Positions 1-9,589 of a stretch of 64,000 nucleotides of DNA are shown in pieces. The notes below the pieces were generated by a model. The model made no database searches. It was not told the origin of the DNA and saw only the letters and a program-made list of their open reading frames with translations. The DNA lies in contig JAHPZI010000006.1 in the NCBI GenBank assembly GCA_019058295.1, positions 79,916-143,915 of the forward strand. Direction: 5' to 3'. A program made the translations under genes and the position numbers. Numbering within the stretch: position 1 is the first letter of the stretch; every line of letters begins with the position of its first letter. Origin of the DNA: Promethearchaeota archaeon (lineage in GTDB: Archaea > Asgardarchaeota > Lokiarchaeia > Sigyniarchaeales > SOKP01).

Positions 1-1
1 G

Positions 2-346
2 GACGATAAAATAGATAAGCTTAGGATAATGCTATCGAATCCCTTAATCTTTAAAATTTTGGAAGAAATTTCAAAAGATAATACTATATCCATATCAAAG
101 ATAGGAGACAATATAGATTATTATTCGGGAACAGTTCAGTATCATTTTAAAAAATTAAAAAAATTAGATTTATTAAAAATAAGTAAAGATAAAGAGGGTA
201 GAAAGACTCATATAATAAACAAATCGATTATAAAAAAATATAAAAATATCTACAAAGAACCAGACTTCTCTAAAATACTTCTCTTATACATCTCACTAAT
301 TTTTGGTCTTTTTAATATGATATTCTTTTTATCTATAATTATTTGA
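2..346 (+). CDS. Winged helix-turn-helix protein, 5'-truncated by window edge
   Basis: Frame is open from base 2. HTH pattern ISISKIGDNIDYYSGTVQYHFKKLKKLDLL. Confidence 0.6.
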   Translation, partial: DDKIDKLRIMLSNPLIFKILEEISKDNTISISKIGDNIDYYSGTVQYHFKKLKKLDLLKISKDKEGRKTHIINKSIIKKYKNIYKEPDFSKILLLYISLIFGLFNMIFFLSIII

Positions 347-522
347 TTTTTCTTTGTATCAATTAAGAACGAGTATATTGAAAATCATTCAGGGAAATAA
401 ATACATATATTAAACATAGAGCTGCTAAAGAAATACAACAAGATATTTAAATAACCAGATTTTTATAAATTTTTAGAAGGGTTTTAATTGATATTAAATG
501 AAATATCATTTGGAATTCTGTA

Positions 523-1917
523 TTATTTCGATTTATCAATTAACCCCCTCAAATTTTCTTTCTTTTTTAGAAATTCACGTATTGAATTGAGGTCTTTGTT
601 TATCATTCTCGCAGATCGTATATTAAATGGATTTCCTTCAAGCTTCAAGAAGAATTGTCGTAAATTTTTCAATTTCCTAATAATTCTAGGTATAGTAATG
701 AAATCATTATGCCTTAAGTCCAATTCTTCGAGTGATTTTAAGTTTCCAATAGAATCTGGGAGTGAAGTCAATTGATTATTTCTTAAATCTAATATTCTAA
801 GAGATTTAAGATTTCCAATAGAATTCGGAAGTGAAGTCAATTGATTATTAACTAAAAATATTTGTTGGAGCAATTTAAGGTTGCCAAATGAGTTTGGCAG
901 TGTTTCTATCTGATTATTTTCAAGAAATAACTGTTTAAGAGATTTAAGATTTCCAAATGATTTTGGAAGGCTTTTTAATTCATTATTTTCAGCATATAAT
1001 CGTTCCAAATTTGATAAATTAAGGACTGGCTTAGGAAATTCCTTAAAGTTATTTTTACTTATATCTAATGATTGTAATGATTTTAATTTTCCAAACGTTT
1101 TAGGGAGATCTTTTAAATGATTATCTCTTAATCTTAATACTTTTAATTTAGTTAAATTCTCTATAGATTCAGGAATAGATTTTAATAGATTATGGCTAAA
1201 ACCTAATACAAGTAGCGAATTTAACCTGAATAAAGGTTCAAGAATCTTATCTGGTAAAACTTTTAAAGAATTGCCTGCTAAAGAGAGAATTCGAAGATTT
1301 TTTAAACTGCATATATTATCGGGAAGAGTCGATATCCTATTATAATCTAAATATAATCCTTCAAGCGATTTTAAATTACAAACAGCCTTAGGGATTTGTG
1401 TAAATTTATTTTTGCTTAAATATAATTCTTTCAGTGAATTAAGGTTACTAAAAGATTCTGGAAGCGATTTAAATTGATTATTTCGTAAGATTAATTGTTG
1501 AAGCATGCTTAAATTTGCAAAAGATTCTGGTAGAGTTGTTAATTTATTTGTATCTAATTCTAATTCTTCTAGTAATTCAAAGTCTCCGAAAGTTTTTGGG
1601 AGAGCAGTTAAAGAGTTCCATCTTAAATTTAATTTTTCTAGCAATTGTAATTTACCAAATGATTCTGGGAGAATAGTCAATGAATTATAACCTAAGTACA
1701 ATTCTCTGATAGTATCTAGGTTCAAAATTTGTTTTGGAAGTTCTTTTAGACCACAACGTTCAAGCCATAAACTAACAACATTGTCATCATCAATTTTAAC
1801 TCCAAAAGAAGGTATTCCACGTTCATCAAGACAAGGAATTTTTTTACCGATTATCTTATTCAAATCGTTTAATGCTTCTGCTTGTTTGGGTTTAACGTTG
1901 TATTCTTCACTTTTCAT
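523..1917 (-). CDS. Leucine-rich repeat protein (about 16 repeats of 23 aa)
   Basis: Repeated LxxLxLxxNxLxxLPxxF/IxxL units. Confidence 0.95.
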   Translation of the reverse strand: MKSEEYNVKPKQAEALNDLNKIIGKKIPCLDERGIPSFGVKIDDDNVVSLWLERCGLKELPKQILNLDTIRELYLGYNSLTILPESFGKLQLLEKLNLRWNSLTALPKTFGDFELLEELELDTNKLTTLPESFANLSMLQQLILRNNQFKSLPESFSNLNSLKELYLSKNKFTQIPKAVCNLKSLEGLYLDYNRISTLPDNICSLKNLRILSLAGNSLKVLPDKILEPLFRLNSLLVLGFSHNLLKSIPESIENLTKLKVLRLRDNHLKDLPKTFGKLKSLQSLDISKNNFKEFPKPVLNLSNLERLYAENNELKSLPKSFGNLKSLKQLFLENNQIETLPNSFGNLKLLQQIFLVNNQLTSLPNSIGNLKSLRILDLRNNQLTSLPDSIGNLKSLEELDLRHNDFITIPRIIRKLKNLRQFFLKLEGNPFNIRSARMINKDLNSIREFLKKKENLRGLIDKSK

Positions 1918-1980
1918 ACTATTATTCTTTTTCCTTTTTTAGCTGATTAAATTATCCTTTATAATATATAAATTATTATC

Positions 1981-2868
1981 TCACTTTAAAGCAGCTTTGA
2001 TTTTTGGTAAAGAACTAATTAACATATTAATTGCATTATTAATCCCTTTCTCAAGATTAGGATGAATCTCATTCGTTTTAAATATATCATATTTAGAGGA
2101 CGGCATATCAGATACGGATAGAATTGAGGCAGTTTTTATATTAAATAATTTTCCTAATAGAAATAAAATTGAATTTTCCATATCAATTCCTAAGACATTT
2201 ATTGATTTTAATGAGTTGATAAACTCGTCGGTCTCACAAAACAGGGCGTCAGTTGTCCAAAAATCAACCTCTTTAACTTGATTAGGATTTTTAGATTTAG
2301 CTTCGTTAAATAATAATTCCCTTAATTGATTGTTTGGCTTGGTAATGAATACCATTTGATTACCCGCTTTAATATCTTTAATTTTCGAAATGGGATTTGA
2401 TATTGATTCTAATTGATTAATCAACTCGGGATACTTAAGAATATAATGAGGAGATGTCCCATCGCCACAATAAGCAAGTTTGGGGATTAAAATATCACCC
2501 ACGTTAATTTTATTATTCTGGTTATCAATACCTCCACAAAAATCAACTCTTAGAATTACTTTTGTATTACATCTTTTCAAGCATTCCATAGCAGTAGCAC
2601 AGTTAGGACACCCAACTAAAGAACGGATTACACTTACCTTAACTCCATTTAGCAATCCATTATAAACTCTACCGCGAACTCTTTTGTTTTGAAGTTTGCT
2701 AATCAATTTTTTCATTACAAATTTGACTGCTGGTAGGATAACAATGTCGGGATTTACACTTTTAGAAGAGGTCTCTAAAAATAATCTTACAATTTTCTCA
2801 TCTACACTCATAAATTTTAATCCAACGTTTATCAAATCTGACTTTATTCTATTTAACATTTTAAACAA
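1981..2868 (-). CDS. Nucleoside phosphorylase family protein (PNP/UDP type)
   Basis: GDILIP, GDGTS, WTTDALFCET, IDMEN and VSD motifs. Confidence 0.8.
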   Translation of the reverse strand: MFKMLNRIKSDLINVGLKFMSVDEKIVRLFLETSSKSVNPDIVILPAVKFVMKKLISKLQNKRVRGRVYNGLLNGVKVSVIRSLVGCPNCATAMECLKRCNTKVILRVDFCGGIDNQNNKINVGDILIPKLAYCGDGTSPHYILKYPELINQLESISNPISKIKDIKAGNQMVFITKPNNQLRELLFNEAKSKNPNQVKEVDFWTTDALFCETDEFINSLKSINVLGIDMENSILFLLGKLFNIKTASILSVSDMPSSKYDIFKTNEIHPNLEKGINNAINMLISSLPKIKAALK

Positions 2869-3014
2869 TTTTTTTTATAATTTATAACTACCACATTAAT
2901 TACTTCAAAACTTATAATTATTAATCGTTTTTTTTTTTTATTTACTTACATTAAATACATTTATTAATAGATATTAAATCATCAGAAAAATACAGTGAAG
3001 CTTGGTTAACTTTG

Positions 3015-4310
3015 ATGGGAAATAGATATATCATCGATAATAAAATTACAAATAAATTTGTTGAAATATATACGAAAACAACTTATAGAATTATCGGAAA
3101 TAATAAACACTCTGCTATTAAACCTTGTCATTGGCTCGAACAGAAATTAATGACAGGTAGAGAAAATAGAAATTGTTATAAGAGCATTTTTGGAATTCAA
3201 AGTCATAAGTGTCTTCAGAATAGTCCCTCTTTCCCCTTTTGCAATCATCAGTGTGTTTTTTGCTGGCGAGATATTGAAAATGGAGATCTAGGAAGCGATT
3301 TTATCGTTGAGCCAGACGAACCCAGAGATTTAGTTAATGAGATGATCCGACATCATCAAGACATTATCCAAAATCATTTACCCTTAAGAAGATATTTGGA
3401 TAACTATGAAATTATGAATGAAATCCTTTATTACATGCTCAAAAATGGAGAGCACTGTGATATCAATCAGTTATCTAATATTATTCACGTTAGTCGAAAT
3501 AAAATTGAACGAGCATTGATTTTACTAAAAAATCAAAAATTTATACACTCTATCGATAATACTTATAAAAATTTTAAACTTGAAGAAGATATTAAAAGTT
3601 GTATTAATTCAAAAGAAGAGATTCAAAGCTTAATCCATAGTGAACTTACAACTCCAGATGAAATTATGCAAACACATTCCGAAGCTATCTATCCAAATCA
3701 CGCAGCTATTTCTCTTGATGGAGAACCGTTATTGTATCCTAAAATATCTGAACTCGTTGAAGAATTTAAAACTCGAAAGATGACTACATTTATCGTGACA
3801 AATAGTACTTTACCAGAAAAGATTGAATCTTTAGATTCGTTACCTTCACAATTATATCTTACTCTGCCAGCTTCAAATGAAGAAGTTTACAAAAAAACTT
3901 GCCGTCCAATGATTAAAAATGGGTGGAAAAAAATTGAAGCCTCTTTAGATATGATTGAATCGCTATCCTGTAGAACTCTCGTAAGATTAACTGCTGTTAA
4001 ATCCCTTAATGTTAAGCTGGACGAAAGTCTAATAAAAAATTATGTTAAAATTATTGAAAAAGCAAATCCTAACTTTTTCGAAATTAAAGGTTTTACATTA
4101 CAAGCAAAGGCTTTATTAATAAAAGAACGATTAAAAAGCGATAACCCAGTCAATTATTACTTTCCAGAATATGATTATTTAGAACAAATCGCTTTAAAAT
4201 TTGAGGAGTTGGGAAATTTTCCCTTGATTTATACAAATAAAGATAGCAGAGATTTCTTGTTTGCTGTGAACTGGGATAAAAATAAAGATCCTAAATTAAG
4301 AAAACCCTAA
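3015..4310 (+). CDS. taw1: tRNA 4-demethylwyosine synthase Taw1/TYW1 (radical SAM) with wHTH insertion
   Basis: HSAIKPCHW, CYK, SHKCLQ, CNHQCVFCWR and HAAISLDGEP motifs. Confidence 0.92.
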   Translation: MGNRYIIDNKITNKFVEIYTKTTYRIIGNNKHSAIKPCHWLEQKLMTGRENRNCYKSIFGIQSHKCLQNSPSFPFCNHQCVFCWRDIENGDLGSDFIVEPDEPRDLVNEMIRHHQDIIQNHLPLRRYLDNYEIMNEILYYMLKNGEHCDINQLSNIIHVSRNKIERALILLKNQKFIHSIDNTYKNFKLEEDIKSCINSKEEIQSLIHSELTTPDEIMQTHSEAIYPNHAAISLDGEPLLYPKISELVEEFKTRKMTTFIVTNSTLPEKIESLDSLPSQLYLTLPASNEEVYKKTCRPMIKNGWKKIEASLDMIESLSCRTLVRLTAVKSLNVKLDESLIKNYVKIIEKANPNFFEIKGFTLQAKALLIKERLKSDNPVNYYFPEYDYLEQIALKFEELGNFPLIYTNKDSRDFLFAVNWDKNKDPKLRKP

Positions 4311-5525
4311 TCAGTTATTTAAAATAAGTTTCATGAATTCTTCTCCATTCTCAATTAAACCATACTCACCTTTTTCACCAGTGTTTTCAGAATATTCTCG
4401 CTGAGATTTTGATAGCTTTTTAGGATTATAAATAACAAAAGGTATTGGATCACTAGTATGTGTACGTTTTTTGCATGGAGTTGGATGATCTGGTAGAACT
4501 ACAATAACTAATTCATTATTAAATTCTTTTTCTGCTTCAATAAATGGTTTTACAATCTTTAAATCAAAATCTTCTAACGCAGCTATTTTCTTTTTGGGAT
4601 CTCCTGTATGGCCCATCTCATCTATAGCTTCTATATGTAAATATACAAAATCTTTTTCTCTTAATTGTTTTAAGGCAGCCTCTACTTTGCCCTCATAATT
4701 TGTATCTGGTAAACCAGTAGCACCCTCAACTCGAATGGGTTTGAGTCCTGCAGCAATTCCGATACCAAATATTAGATCGACAGCAGAAATAACAGCGCCC
4801 TCTTTTCCGTATTTTTCTTTAAAAGATTTAATATTTGGTCTTTTACCAACCCCCCATGGCCAAATGTGGGTCGCAACTACTTTTCCCTCTTTTTTCCTCT
4901 CTTGATTAATCCTATCATTCCTAAGTGGTTCCTGACTCTCTTCAATAAGTTTATTTATATAACTTGCAGTTTTTATTGCTTTTTCGTCATTAGGATCTTT
5001 AGGTATTGTTAAGTAATCTTTATATGGTTTTCCAAGATGATCATGTGGAGGATATTGATGGATATTAGCGGAATAATTATTTCCATCAAGCTTTAAAATG
5101 TGGCGATATTGTACACCAGCAGAAAATTCTGCACCAGTAGTATATGTTAGGTTATCAATTAAATGCTTAGCTTCGCCAGTAGTTATATGACCTGAAGAAT
5201 AATCATAAATAAATCCATCTTTAATATTTATTAAATTAACTCTAAACACAATATCATTCTCTTTTAATTTTACTCCAGCACTTAAAGCTTCAAATGGTCC
5301 ACGACCACTATAGTCATTTTCAGGGGCATAACCTAAGATAGTCATATTTGCAACTCCACTATCCGCAGGCATATCGTCAGGAATTGTCTTTAACATCCCC
5401 ATCTGACCATGACTGGCAAGCCAATCTAAGTTAGGAGTTTTTGCTGCTTCGAAGACAGTTTTATGCCCCAATTCCTCAATCGGCCAATCCGCTGCCCCAT
5501 CACAAATTAATATGATATACTTCAT
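4311..5525 (-). CDS. apgM: 2,3-BPG-independent phosphoglycerate mutase
   Basis: DGAAD, TPNLD, GRGPFEA, DEMGH and DHPTP motifs. Confidence 0.93.
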   Translation of the reverse strand: MKYIILICDGAADWPIEELGHKTVFEAAKTPNLDWLASHGQMGMLKTIPDDMPADSGVANMTILGYAPENDYSGRGPFEALSAGVKLKENDIVFRVNLINIKDGFIYDYSSGHITTGEAKHLIDNLTYTTGAEFSAGVQYRHILKLDGNNYSANIHQYPPHDHLGKPYKDYLTIPKDPNDEKAIKTASYINKLIEESQEPLRNDRINQERKKEGKVVATHIWPWGVGKRPNIKSFKEKYGKEGAVISAVDLIFGIGIAAGLKPIRVEGATGLPDTNYEGKVEAALKQLREKDFVYLHIEAIDEMGHTGDPKKKIAALEDFDLKIVKPFIEAEKEFNNELVIVVLPDHPTPCKKRTHTSDPIPFVIYNPKKLSKSQREYSENTGEKGEYGLIENGEEFMKLILNN

Positions 5526-5570
5526 GAACTAATTATCGAGTGATAATAATTATTTTAAAATGATATTACC

Positions 5571-6212
5571 TTAAACTTTTTTGATGTCTTTTTGATATTT
5601 ATGAATTATCTTTCTGAGTTTCTCTAAGTTGGTTTTTTTCAATGCAGAAAATTCTAGAAAAGGAATCTCAGCTTCTTTACCATACTTAAAATTGTCTAAA
5701 TGGATAAAAGACAAACCATATTCTTTTGCTGATTCAAGAAATAAATTAATAATACTTCTTTTATCGATATGTGAAACTTTATCAATTTTATTTATAAGAA
5801 TTAAGAGTGGAATGCTATATTCTTTCAGAAAATTGATTAATTCAAAACTTAATGGAATTGACTCCCTATTTTGAATAAAATATTTATTAATTTCATCTTC
5901 AATTCTTAGAGCATTTAAAACGACTAATCCAAGAAAATAATCTTTATTGCACTTTTCAATGTGAATTATTATTTGTTTTTTAATGTGTTCTTCTCTCCTA
6001 CGACTCGAATGTTTCATATAACCGAATCCAGGTAAATCGACAATTTGATAGGGTAAATTAGGTTGCGAAATTGGTTTTATTAGCATTGTACTACCAGGTT
6101 TTTTACCTGCTTTTCCCTTGAATTTGCTTGGATTTGGTAATAATAACCGAGTTATAGAACTCTTTCCGACATTAGAATTTCCAATAATTAACAAGGATGA
6201 TTTTTTCTTCAT
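5571..6212 (-). CDS. engB: GTP-binding protein EngB/YihA family
   Basis: GNSNVGKSS, PGST, DLPGFGY, NKID and SA motifs. Confidence 0.88.
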   Translation of the reverse strand: MKKKSSLLIIGNSNVGKSSITRLLLPNPSKFKGKAGKKPGSTMLIKPISQPNLPYQIVDLPGFGYMKHSSRRREEHIKKQIIIHIEKCNKDYFLGLVVLNALRIEDEINKYFIQNRESIPLSFELINFLKEYSIPLLILINKIDKVSHIDKRSIINLFLESAKEYGLSFIHLDNFKYGKEAEIPFLEFSALKKTNLEKLRKIIHKYQKDIKKV

Positions 6213-6231
6213 TTTACTATAATTAAAAAGC

Positions 6232-7080
6232 TTAAATATCTAAGAAATCGTCTTTGAGGAAGTCCCTAAACATTTCTTTTTTCTTTCCTTCTTCGATAAC
6301 GGGTCTTGTGCTAATAGGCTTTCCTGCTTTTTCTAGAATCTCTTTTAAATCTTCAATATTAACTTTAGGATTAACTTTAAATTTACCACTCATGTATCGG
6401 ATAATTTTTTCATTCTTTAACGATAATCTTAAAATATAGCCGAGTCCAAAATAAAATTGAGGTTCTGGTATTGGATCGATTGCACTTTTACTAGTTATTT
6501 CTTTTAAAATATCATATAATAAAGATTTACTCGCAGTATGATCTTCTACTTCGAAGACCAAATAATAAAGCGAATGGTACCATATTTTTTCGCGCTTTTG
6601 TTTAACATACTCTAAAAATTTTTCAGGTGTAATTATTTCCTTTTCTTCTTTTTTTTTTTTTTCTAACAATTCCAGTTTAATTCTTTCTTCTAACTCTCCA
6701 GAAATCTCTTGAGTAGGTTTAGGCTCAACTTCACCTTCAGAAAGGCTGTGTAATTCCTCTTTTTTAACGCTTTCAATTGCTTGTTTCATTTCTTTTAATT
6801 CATCAAAATCAATTTGTTCTATATCTGAAAAATCTGAGATTAAATCCTCTTTTTGTTGTATATAATCACTTATTTCATTTTCACTCTCAGGAATCTCTGT
6901 ATCTTCACTCTTTATATCTTCTTCTTTAACTTTAGCTATTGCTTCTTGCATTTCCTGAATCTCTTCGAATTCTAAATCATCTAAATCTGAAAAATCTGTT
7001 TCAAGAAGTTCCATATCTTTTAAATAATCTTGTAAATCGTCTTCGTTTAATTCATCTTTTTCTTCATGATTTTCGTTCAT
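6232..7080 (-). CDS. Hypothetical protein with acidic repeated N-terminus
   Basis: 282-aa ORF co-oriented between EF-2 and engB. Confidence 0.75.
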   Translation of the reverse strand: MNENHEEKDELNEDDLQDYLKDMELLETDFSDLDDLEFEEIQEMQEAIAKVKEEDIKSEDTEIPESENEISDYIQQKEDLISDFSDIEQIDFDELKEMKQAIESVKKEELHSLSEGEVEPKPTQEISGELEERIKLELLEKKKKEEKEIITPEKFLEYVKQKREKIWYHSLYYLVFEVEDHTASKSLLYDILKEITSKSAIDPIPEPQFYFGLGYILRLSLKNEKIIRYMSGKFKVNPKVNIEDLKEILEKAGKPISTRPVIEEGKKKEMFRDFLKDDFLDI

Positions 7081-7196
7081 ATTTTAATCATTAATAAAAT
7101 ATTTTCGCTTTTTATCAATAAAATTATAGTTTTTTAATACTTTAAATATTAATAATCTGGAAAAAATAAAAATAAGCAATAAAAATATTATATTCT

Positions 7197-9449
7197 TTAA
7201 GTTCTCTTGTAGATGAATCTCTCCCAGGATTTTGCGGATGGCATTGATTCTGGCATTCCTTTGCGTTTTCTTATCTCTAAAATAACATCTTCTTCTAACG
7301 AACTAGGAACTTTTTCAAAACCAAGAAATTCATAGCCAAAGAAAGCACGGCCCTGAGTAGTGCTTCGAATCTCATCTGCAATTCCAATTATTTCCGCTGC
7401 GGGAATTTGTCCTTGAACTCTCACATATTCTCCTTCAGGAATAACATTATGAATCCGGCCTCGATGTTTGAGTATTATTGAATTAACACCCCCTTCGGTT
7501 CCTTGAGGGGTTTTTACATCAATCTTCTGAATGGGTTCGAAAAGATGAGGTCCAGCTTCTAACATTGCCAATGATAAAGCAGAATATGCCATGCTGGCGG
7601 TTTGTGCAAATTGAGTGTGTCTAGGGTCCTCATGGATAACCATGTCTGTAAAAGTTGCTCTAATTCCCATGGCAGGTTCCTTCGCTATAATACACTCTTC
7701 AAGCCAATTTCTAAAGGAGCTCACTAAGTCATTTTTGACACGATCAAATCGCTGTAATCCAGATGTTCCATTAACAAGGATATTTCCTTTATAAACATCA
7801 ACGATACGTCTTGCTTCTTTCGCATCCCATCCTGCTTCTTCTCTTAGGATTTGAGCCCGCTCTTTTTCATTTTGCAAATCGGTAATTTTACCTAAATCTA
7901 TTAATTCCTCGGTTTTATTATCTAAAGGTTCAACATATAATAATAACCGATTATGCGCATTTGATGATTTAGTGTGATATTCTTTGCTTTTCTTACTAAT
8001 TTTTTCTCTATACACTATGATGGGTTCTCCTATTTCAATATTAACTTGATTATTTATCCTTTTGGTCAAGATTTCAATTTGCAATGGGTCAATCCCGCTT
8101 AAGATATACTCCATTGACTCTTTATTGAGTCGGAATTCAGCCGTAGGATCCGCTTGCAACCATTTCCCTACGACTTCTCCTAATTTTGCTAGATCATGAG
8201 GATCTTTGGGTTTAATACTTCTCGATACAACTGCTCTACAGGCGTAATTTATTTTTTCAAACGATGGAAGATTTGCTGCTTCATCTTTATCCTTAGGTAT
8301 TTTATCAGATGCTAAAAAAGTCTCTCCTGAAGGGCAAATAAATCCATATAATGCAAAAAGATTCCCTGCGGGAATACTTGAAATATCTAATATATCTGTA
8401 ATCTCCATAACACCTAATCTTTTTACTCGATTACTAGTTTTGCTATTAACCAGATATAATGAGTCGGTTTGGTCAAAAGTACCTGAGAATACTCGACCGA
8501 TTAAAGTTGCTTGATAATTTTTCTTAGGATCAAGGAATATTTTAGTAATCATACCATAGAGAGGTCCTTTCGGATCACTTTTTTGTAAGGCTTGACCAAG
8601 TTCAGAATTAAGATCGCCCCCCCAAATATGAGGTATTCTATATTTTGCGGCAGAAATAGGATTGGGTAAATGATCAACAACCATTCGTAGTATTGGCTCA
8701 TCAAGAGGTAAGTTTTCTCTTAACCACATGATATCTCCTTCGTTATATTTCGCAAAAACATCTTGAGGTTTTAATTTCTTCTCCAGCAAAATTTCATAAG
8801 TAAAACCCCATCCATGTTTTGCTGAACCGACTGCTACACTATTTTTAGCAAAGTCAATTGACCAATCTGATCCTTCAGGTCTTACCTTCTTAATTAGATC
8901 ATTAACATCTCGCGTAATTTTATCTATTTTTGCGAAAGTGTCTTTTGGACTTAATTTTAATTCGCTAATCAATCTGTCAACTTTATTAATGAACAAAACT
9001 GGTTTGCAGAACTCTTCGCCTACAGCAAGTCTGATGTTCGTTTCCGTCTGAGTCATTATTCCTTCTAACGCATCAACTAATATGATGGCCCCGTCACTTC
9101 CTCGAAGGGCACGAGAAACTTCACCAGTGAAAGATATATGCCCAGGTGTATCATTTAGCTGAAAAATATAAGGTTCATCATCATCAGGGTGTCTTGGATC
9201 TTGAAAAGCGAGCAATACGACACTTGTGAAAATTGTAATGCCACGTTCTTGTTCCTCATCGTCGCTGTCAGTCATTTGTAACTGACCTGCGTCTTCAGGT
9301 CTCATAAGTCCAGCCCGTCTTAATAGATAATCAGTCGCTGTGGTTTTACCATGATCAATATGAGCTGTAATACTGAAAATTCTTTTTTTCTCGTATGAGC
9401 CAGAAGTAACAAGTTTAGCAATTTCTTCCGGATTCTTTACTTTAACCAT
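7197..9449 (-). CDS. fusA: Translation elongation factor 2 (aEF-2 family, non-canonical diphthamide loop)
   Basis: AHIDHGKTT, ERGITI, DTPGH, NKVDR motifs; HEDPRH loop; EIRKRKG. Confidence 0.93.
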   Translation of the reverse strand: MVKVKNPEEIAKLVTSGSYEKKRIFSITAHIDHGKTTATDYLLRRAGLMRPEDAGQLQMTDSDDEEQERGITIFTSVVLLAFQDPRHPDDDEPYIFQLNDTPGHISFTGEVSRALRGSDGAIILVDALEGIMTQTETNIRLAVGEEFCKPVLFINKVDRLISELKLSPKDTFAKIDKITRDVNDLIKKVRPEGSDWSIDFAKNSVAVGSAKHGWGFTYEILLEKKLKPQDVFAKYNEGDIMWLRENLPLDEPILRMVVDHLPNPISAAKYRIPHIWGGDLNSELGQALQKSDPKGPLYGMITKIFLDPKKNYQATLIGRVFSGTFDQTDSLYLVNSKTSNRVKRLGVMEITDILDISSIPAGNLFALYGFICPSGETFLASDKIPKDKDEAANLPSFEKINYACRAVVSRSIKPKDPHDLAKLGEVVGKWLQADPTAEFRLNKESMEYILSGIDPLQIEILTKRINNQVNIEIGEPIIVYREKISKKSKEYHTKSSNAHNRLLLYVEPLDNKTEELIDLGKITDLQNEKERAQILREEAGWDAKEARRIVDVYKGNILVNGTSGLQRFDRVKNDLVSSFRNWLEECIIAKEPAMGIRATFTDMVIHEDPRHTQFAQTASMAYSALSLAMLEAGPHLFEPIQKIDVKTPQGTEGGVNSIILKHRGRIHNVIPEGEYVRVQGQIPAAEIIGIADEIRSTTQGRAFFGYEFLGFEKVPSSLEEDVILEIRKRKGMPESMPSAKSWERFIYKRT

Positions 9450-9589
9450 ATCTTTTCACATTATTTCAATTTTTGAGGTATTATATCACAAAAAAATATG
9501 GGAAAACATAAAAATTTTGTGAAACAAGGCTATAAATCCTTAATTTTAGACAGTTTCATATTAAAAAAGATTAGTCGTTATTTCTTTTA

